A stretch of 64,000 nucleotides of DNA from Candidatus Cloacimonadales bacterium (lineage in GTDB: Bacteria; Cloacimonadota; Cloacimonadia; Cloacimonadales; JAFGVF01): the NCBI GenBank assembly GCA_963662585.1, contig OY759729.1:384001-448000 (forward strand). Direction: 5' to 3'. Positions 60,264 through 64,000 of the stretch are shown here, one piece after another (within the stretch, counting starts at the first letter, position 1; every line of letters begins with the position of its first letter). Under the pieces are notes generated by a model. It made no database searches. It was not told where the DNA came from and saw only the letters and a program-made list of their open reading frames with translations. Position numbers and translations under genes: made by a program.

Positions 60264-61096
60264 TGCAGGTTATAGATAGTTTAAAAGAGATTACTCATCT
60301 TTCGAGGAATTGGGATCATAGTCTTAAAATAGGATTTGTTCCTACTATGGGAGCACTTCATATAGGGCATTTAGAGTTAGTGAAACAATCTTTAAGCTCT
60401 TGTGATATCACTATTGTATCTATCTTTGTTAATCCTGCCCAATTTGGACCTAATGAAGATTTTAGCCGCTATCCCAAAACATTTGAAGATGATTATCAAG
60501 CTCTTTTGGAGTTGGGTGTTGATTATATATTCTTACCTAATTCTAGCCAAATGTACCCACAAAACTATAAAACATGGGTCAGCCTTGATAAAATTACTGA
60601 AGTTCTCTGTGGAGCAAGCCGTCCAGGACATTTCACAGGTGTTGCTACTATCGTTCTGAAGTTAGTGAATTTAGTAAGACCAACCCTAATGTTCATGGGT
60701 GAAAAAGACTTCCAACAAGTTGTTGTGCTTGAAACTATGCTAAGAGATTTGAACTTAGAGACAAGAATTGTTCGCTGTCCTATTATCCGAAATGCTTCAG
60801 GATTAGCTTTAAGTTCTCGCAATAGATATCTAACTAATGAAGAAGAAGCTATTGCCCCAGAATTATATAAAGCTCTTAGTGCATGCCGTGCTTCTTATAC
60901 TAAAGGAAATAATGAGCAAGCTACATTGCTTAAGACTCTCAAAGAGAGATTGGAAGACAAAGGTTTCAAAATAGATTATTTAGAGATTGTTGATTCGACT
61001 ACTCTAGAAGGAGTAGATATTGTCCAACGAGGCAATCGTCTAATAGTTGCCGTATTCTTAGGTAATACACGCCTAATTGATAATATCGAAATTTAA
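60263..61096 (+). CDS. panC: Pantoate--beta-alanine ligase
   Basis: VPTMGALHIGH, SIFVNPAQF, RPGHF, GEKDFQQ and RLIDN motifs. Confidence 0.96.
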   Translation: MQVIDSLKEITHLSRNWDHSLKIGFVPTMGALHIGHLELVKQSLSSCDITIVSIFVNPAQFGPNEDFSRYPKTFEDDYQALLELGVDYIFLPNSSQMYPQNYKTWVSLDKITEVLCGASRPGHFTGVATIVLKLVNLVRPTLMFMGEKDFQQVVVLETMLRDLNLETRIVRCPIIRNASGLALSSRNRYLTNEEEAIAPELYKALSACRASYTKGNNEQATLLKTLKERLEDKGFKIDYLEIVDSTTLEGVDIVQRGNRLIVAVFLGNTRLIDNIEI

Positions 61097-61100
61097 ATTC

Positions 61101-61127
61101 TACCGTTTCGCGACGGTATTTTTTTTA
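61101..61127 (+). terminator. Rho-independent terminator
   Basis: TACCGT-TTCGCG-ACGGTA followed by a T run. Confidence 0.7.
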
Positions 61128-61165
61128 TGATAAATATTAATAAATAAATATAAAGGTATAATATT

Positions 61166-62626
61166 ATGAGTAAGATTGTAAAAAAGGGATATACATTTGA
61201 TGATGTATTATTAATTCCTCAAAGTTCTGATGTGTTACCAACTACTGTTTCGACAAAAACTTATATTTCCAAGAATGTTCATCTTAATGTGCCAATCATG
61301 AGTGCAGCTATGGATACTGTTACAGAAAGTAAAATGGCTATTGCTATGGCTCGTGAAGGTGGAATAGGTATAATTCATAAAAATATGTCAATTGAAGAAC
61401 AAGCTGAACAGGTAAGAATTGTTAAACGCAATGAGAGTGGAATTATTCTTAAACCTTATACTCTAAATCCTAATGATGAAATAAGAAAAGCTTACGAACT
61501 CAAAAACAATCATAATATTGGTGGATTCCCTGTTATCAAAGATGATAAATTAGTGGGTATTTTAACTAGTAGAGACCTTCAATTTGAACATAACCTAAGC
61601 AAAAAAGTAGCTGAGTTAATGACTAAAAGGGAGAATTTAATTGTAGGTATTGAGGGAATTACTCTTTTAGAAGCTCAAAACTTGATGCACCATCATAGAG
61701 TGGAAAAACTTCCTATCGTTAATAAAGATAATGAATTGCAAGGAATGATTACTATCAGAGATATCAAGAATCATCAAAATTATCCTAATGCAGCTAAAGA
61801 CAAAAAAGATAGACTATTAGTTGGTGCTGCTATTGGTGTTTCAGGTGATTTTTTAGAAAGAGCTATGGAGCTATCAGATAAAGGTGCAGATATTATCGTA
61901 ATAGATACTGCTCATGGTCACCATATCAATATTAGAACTGCACTTACATCTGTAATGGCAAAGATTAAATCTGATGTAATTGCTGGTAATATAGCTACAC
62001 CTGAAGCGGCAAAATACCTTATCGATTGTGGAGCAAGTGCCATTAAAGTAGGAATAGGTCCAGGATCTATCTGTACTACTAGAGTAATAGCAGGGATTGG
62101 TGTTCCTCAACTAACAGCCATAATGGATTGTGCTGAAATTGCTAATAAAAGTGGAATTCCTGTAATAGCAGATGGTGGAATTAAATTCTCTGGTGATATT
62201 GCAAAAGCTATTGGTGGTGGAGCTAATGCTGTAATGCTTGGTTCTCTCTTCGCTGGTACTGATGAATCACCTGGTGAATACATAATCTATAACGGCAGAA
62301 GATTTAAATCTTACAGGGGTATGGGTTCTATCGGAGCAATGCAAAAAGGTTCTAAAGATAGATATTTCCAAGAAGCTACTTCAGATAATCAAAAATTAGT
62401 AGCTGAAGGCATCGAAGGTATGGTACCTTACAAAGGACCATTGAAAGATTATCTTCACCAATTAGTTGGTGGCTTAAGAGCTGGAATGGGATATTGTGGT
62501 GCTGGTTCTATTGAAGAACTTCATAGAAAAGCTAAGTTTATGGAGATATCTGGTGCTGGACTTAAAGAATCTCATCCTCATGATGTTAAAATCACTAAAG
62601 AGACACCTAATTATACTATAGACTAG
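61166..62626 (+). CDS. guaB: IMP dehydrogenase
   Basis: [18 protein letters not shown] pair, [13 protein letters not shown] and YRGMGS motifs. Confidence 0.97.
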   Translation: MSKIVKKGYTFDDVLLIPQSSDVLPTTVSTKTYISKNVHLNVPIMSAAMDTVTESKMAIAMAREGGIGIIHKNMSIEEQAEQVRIVKRNESGIILKPYTLNPNDEIRKAYELKNNHNIGGFPVIKDDKLVGILTSRDLQFEHNLSKKVAELMTKRENLIVGIEGITLLEAQNLMHHHRVEKLPIVNKDNELQGMITIRDIKNHQNYPNAAKDKKDRLLVGAAIGVSGDFLERAMELSDKGADIIVIDTAHGHHINIRTALTSVMAKIKSDVIAGNIATPEAAKYLIDCGASAIKVGIGPGSICTTRVIAGIGVPQLTAIMDCAEIANKSGIPVIADGGIKFSGDIAKAIGGGANAVMLGSLFAGTDESPGEYIIYNGRRFKSYRGMGSIGAMQKGSKDRYFQEATSDNQKLVAEGIEGMVPYKGPLKDYLHQLVGGLRAGMGYCGAGSIEELHRKAKFMEISGAGLKESHPHDVKITKETPNYTID

Positions 62627-62647
62627 AAAGAGAATACGAATAATCTT

Positions 62648-62804
62648 GTAGAGCCGTTTGATTGTATAGGCGTTTGATTGTATAGGCGTTTGATTGTATA
62701 GGCGTTTGATTGTAGAGCCGTTGCATGCAACGGCTCTACATTCAAACGCCTCTACATTGCTAATGGATCTACATTCTACGCCTCTATATTCTAACGCCTC
62801 TACA
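62648..62804. repeat. GTAG-type REP palindrome flanked by 16-bp tandem and inverted repeats
   Basis: Perfect 30-bp palindrome TGTAGAGCCGTTGCATGCAACGGCTCTACA (62711-62740); four GTA(T/G)AG(G/C)CGTTTGATT units upstream and inverted ACGCCTCTA(C/T)A units downstream. Confidence 0.85.
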
Positions 62805-62884
62805 TTACAACACTTATACCAAAAACAAGATACCAACAATAACTTTTCCCTTGCCACATTTATTATAATAAATAATATGTAGAT

Positions 62885-63772
62885 ATGAATACTAAAAATA
62901 AATCTTTATTAAATAATTATATTCACTATATTAAAATAGAAAAGGGATTATCAGAGAATTCTGTAAAGAGTTATAAGTCTGATCTCATAGATTTTATTAA
63001 CTTTTATGAAGAAGAGATAACTACTATTTCTAACGATAAAGTAATTAATTACCTCTTAGATCTCCAAAATGTAGGTTTAGTAAATTCTTCTATAGCCAGA
63101 AAAACTTCTGCTATCAAGAATTTCTTTCTCTATCTTATCGAGGATAATATTCCGATTAGTCTTAATATTGAAGAAATTCCTTCTATTTCTTATTCAAGAC
63201 ACCTACCCGATGTTATATCTGTAGAAGAGATGTGTAAACTATTGGATAACATTGATACTTCAACTCCACTCGGATATAGGAATAAAACTATGTTTGAATT
63301 GATGTATGCGACTGGAATTAGAGTTTCAGAGCTATTAGATATCTCAATACATGACCTACATCTCAGTGAAAGTAACCTTTTAATTCATGGAAAAGGCAAT
63401 AAACAAAGGCTACTTCCAATTCCAGATTCAACTATGGAATATCTTTTGCAATATATAAAAATAATTAGATTTAAATTGAAGAATGATAAGTTGATTGATA
63501 CTCTATTTTTAAACAATAGAGGAGGTAAATTGACAAGAATGGGCTTTTGGAAAATTCTGCATAAATGTGCTTTAGAAGCTGGCATTACAAGTCACCTTTC
63601 ACCGCACACTATCAGACATTCCTTTGCTACTCATCTTTTAGAAGCCGGGGCTAATCTAAGAATTGTGCAAACTTTATTAGGACATTCAAGTTTGGACACT
63701 ACTCAGATTTATACTAGTGTAAATATTAGTTACCTTATTGAAGAACATAAATTATATCACCCACGGGGTTAG
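62885..63772 (+). CDS. xerD: Tyrosine recombinase, XerD-like
   Basis: YATGIRVSEL, GKGNKQR, SPHTIRHSFATHLL, LLGH..LDTTQIY and C-terminal HPR. Confidence 0.85.
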   Translation: MNTKNKSLLNNYIHYIKIEKGLSENSVKSYKSDLIDFINFYEEEITTISNDKVINYLLDLQNVGLVNSSIARKTSAIKNFFLYLIEDNIPISLNIEEIPSISYSRHLPDVISVEEMCKLLDNIDTSTPLGYRNKTMFELMYATGIRVSELLDISIHDLHLSESNLLIHGKGNKQRLLPIPDSTMEYLLQYIKIIRFKLKNDKLIDTLFLNNRGGKLTRMGFWKILHKCALEAGITSHLSPHTIRHSFATHLLEAGANLRIVQTLLGHSSLDTTQIYTSVNISYLIEEHKLYHPRG

Positions 63773-63780
63773 GAGTAAAT

Positions 63781-64000
63781 ATGAAATATTTTTTAATGCT
63801 CATTATTGTGAGTACTTTGTTAATTGTTGGTTGTGACGATAGAGGCTATGATAATCCAACTATGGATGTTAGTATTGAATCAGATTATGGAAGCTTTGTT
63901 TATAACAAAAGTGGATTTAACGAAATGAAGTTCATGTTCCAATTAGATGGACCTGCTTCTAAGGTTTTTGATAGAAGAATTAATGTCAATATTTCTAATG
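63781..64000 (+). CDS. Lipoprotein, truncated by the window edge
   Basis: AGGAG RBS; MKYFLMLIIVSTLLIVGC lipobox; frame open to the end of the window. Confidence 0.7.
   Translation, partial: MKYFLMLIIVSTLLIVGCDDRGYDNPTMDVSIESDYGSFVYNKSGFNEMKFMFQLDGPASKVFDRRINVNISN

Noticed and set aside
2498..62882. Many short antisense or nested ORFs in the track (e.g. 2498-2746, 8431-8688, 12655-13107, 31973-32356, 52179-52559, 62474-62857)
   Set aside because: They are shadows of well-supported genes or repeats, without RBS or family motifs
62885..63772. Prophage integrase
   Set aside because: XerD-like gene in housekeeping context 28 kb from the prophage, which has its own DDE transposase

Overview
Positions <1 to ~34,400 are a near-complete Mu-like (transposable) prophage, almost all on the minus strand. 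It is bounded by inverted copies of a ~20-40 bp motif (GTGACAGCAATTTAGCCAC at 36-133; reverse complement at 33901-34088). From right to left it carries a cleavable CI-type repressor, a Ner/Cro-like HTH gene, an Mpi-like serine recombinase, a DDE transposase with an internal 9 x 18-bp array, a replication-initiator-type domain protein, a MuB-like ATPase, DUF3164- and GemA-like genes, terminase, portal, a fused protease-capsid-Ig protein, lysis genes and a non-contractile-type tail module. Three virion genes are interrupted: a terminase frameshift, an IS1182-family insertion in the gpF-like gene, and an in-frame TGA in the tail fibre. The regulatory and transposition genes look intact. REP-like repeats occur in both prophage and host DNA, one of them in frame inside the transposase, and a 14 x 57-bp tandem array lies just outside the right end. 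The remaining ~28 kb is host chromosome of an AT-rich, probably anaerobic diderm bacterium: transporters, amtB, a NuoE/NuoF/GltD-NuoG-type oxidoreductase, pilD, 3 x tRNA-Asp, waaA, murJ, panD, panC, guaB and xerD. All family calls come from motif recognition by eye; no database search was run.
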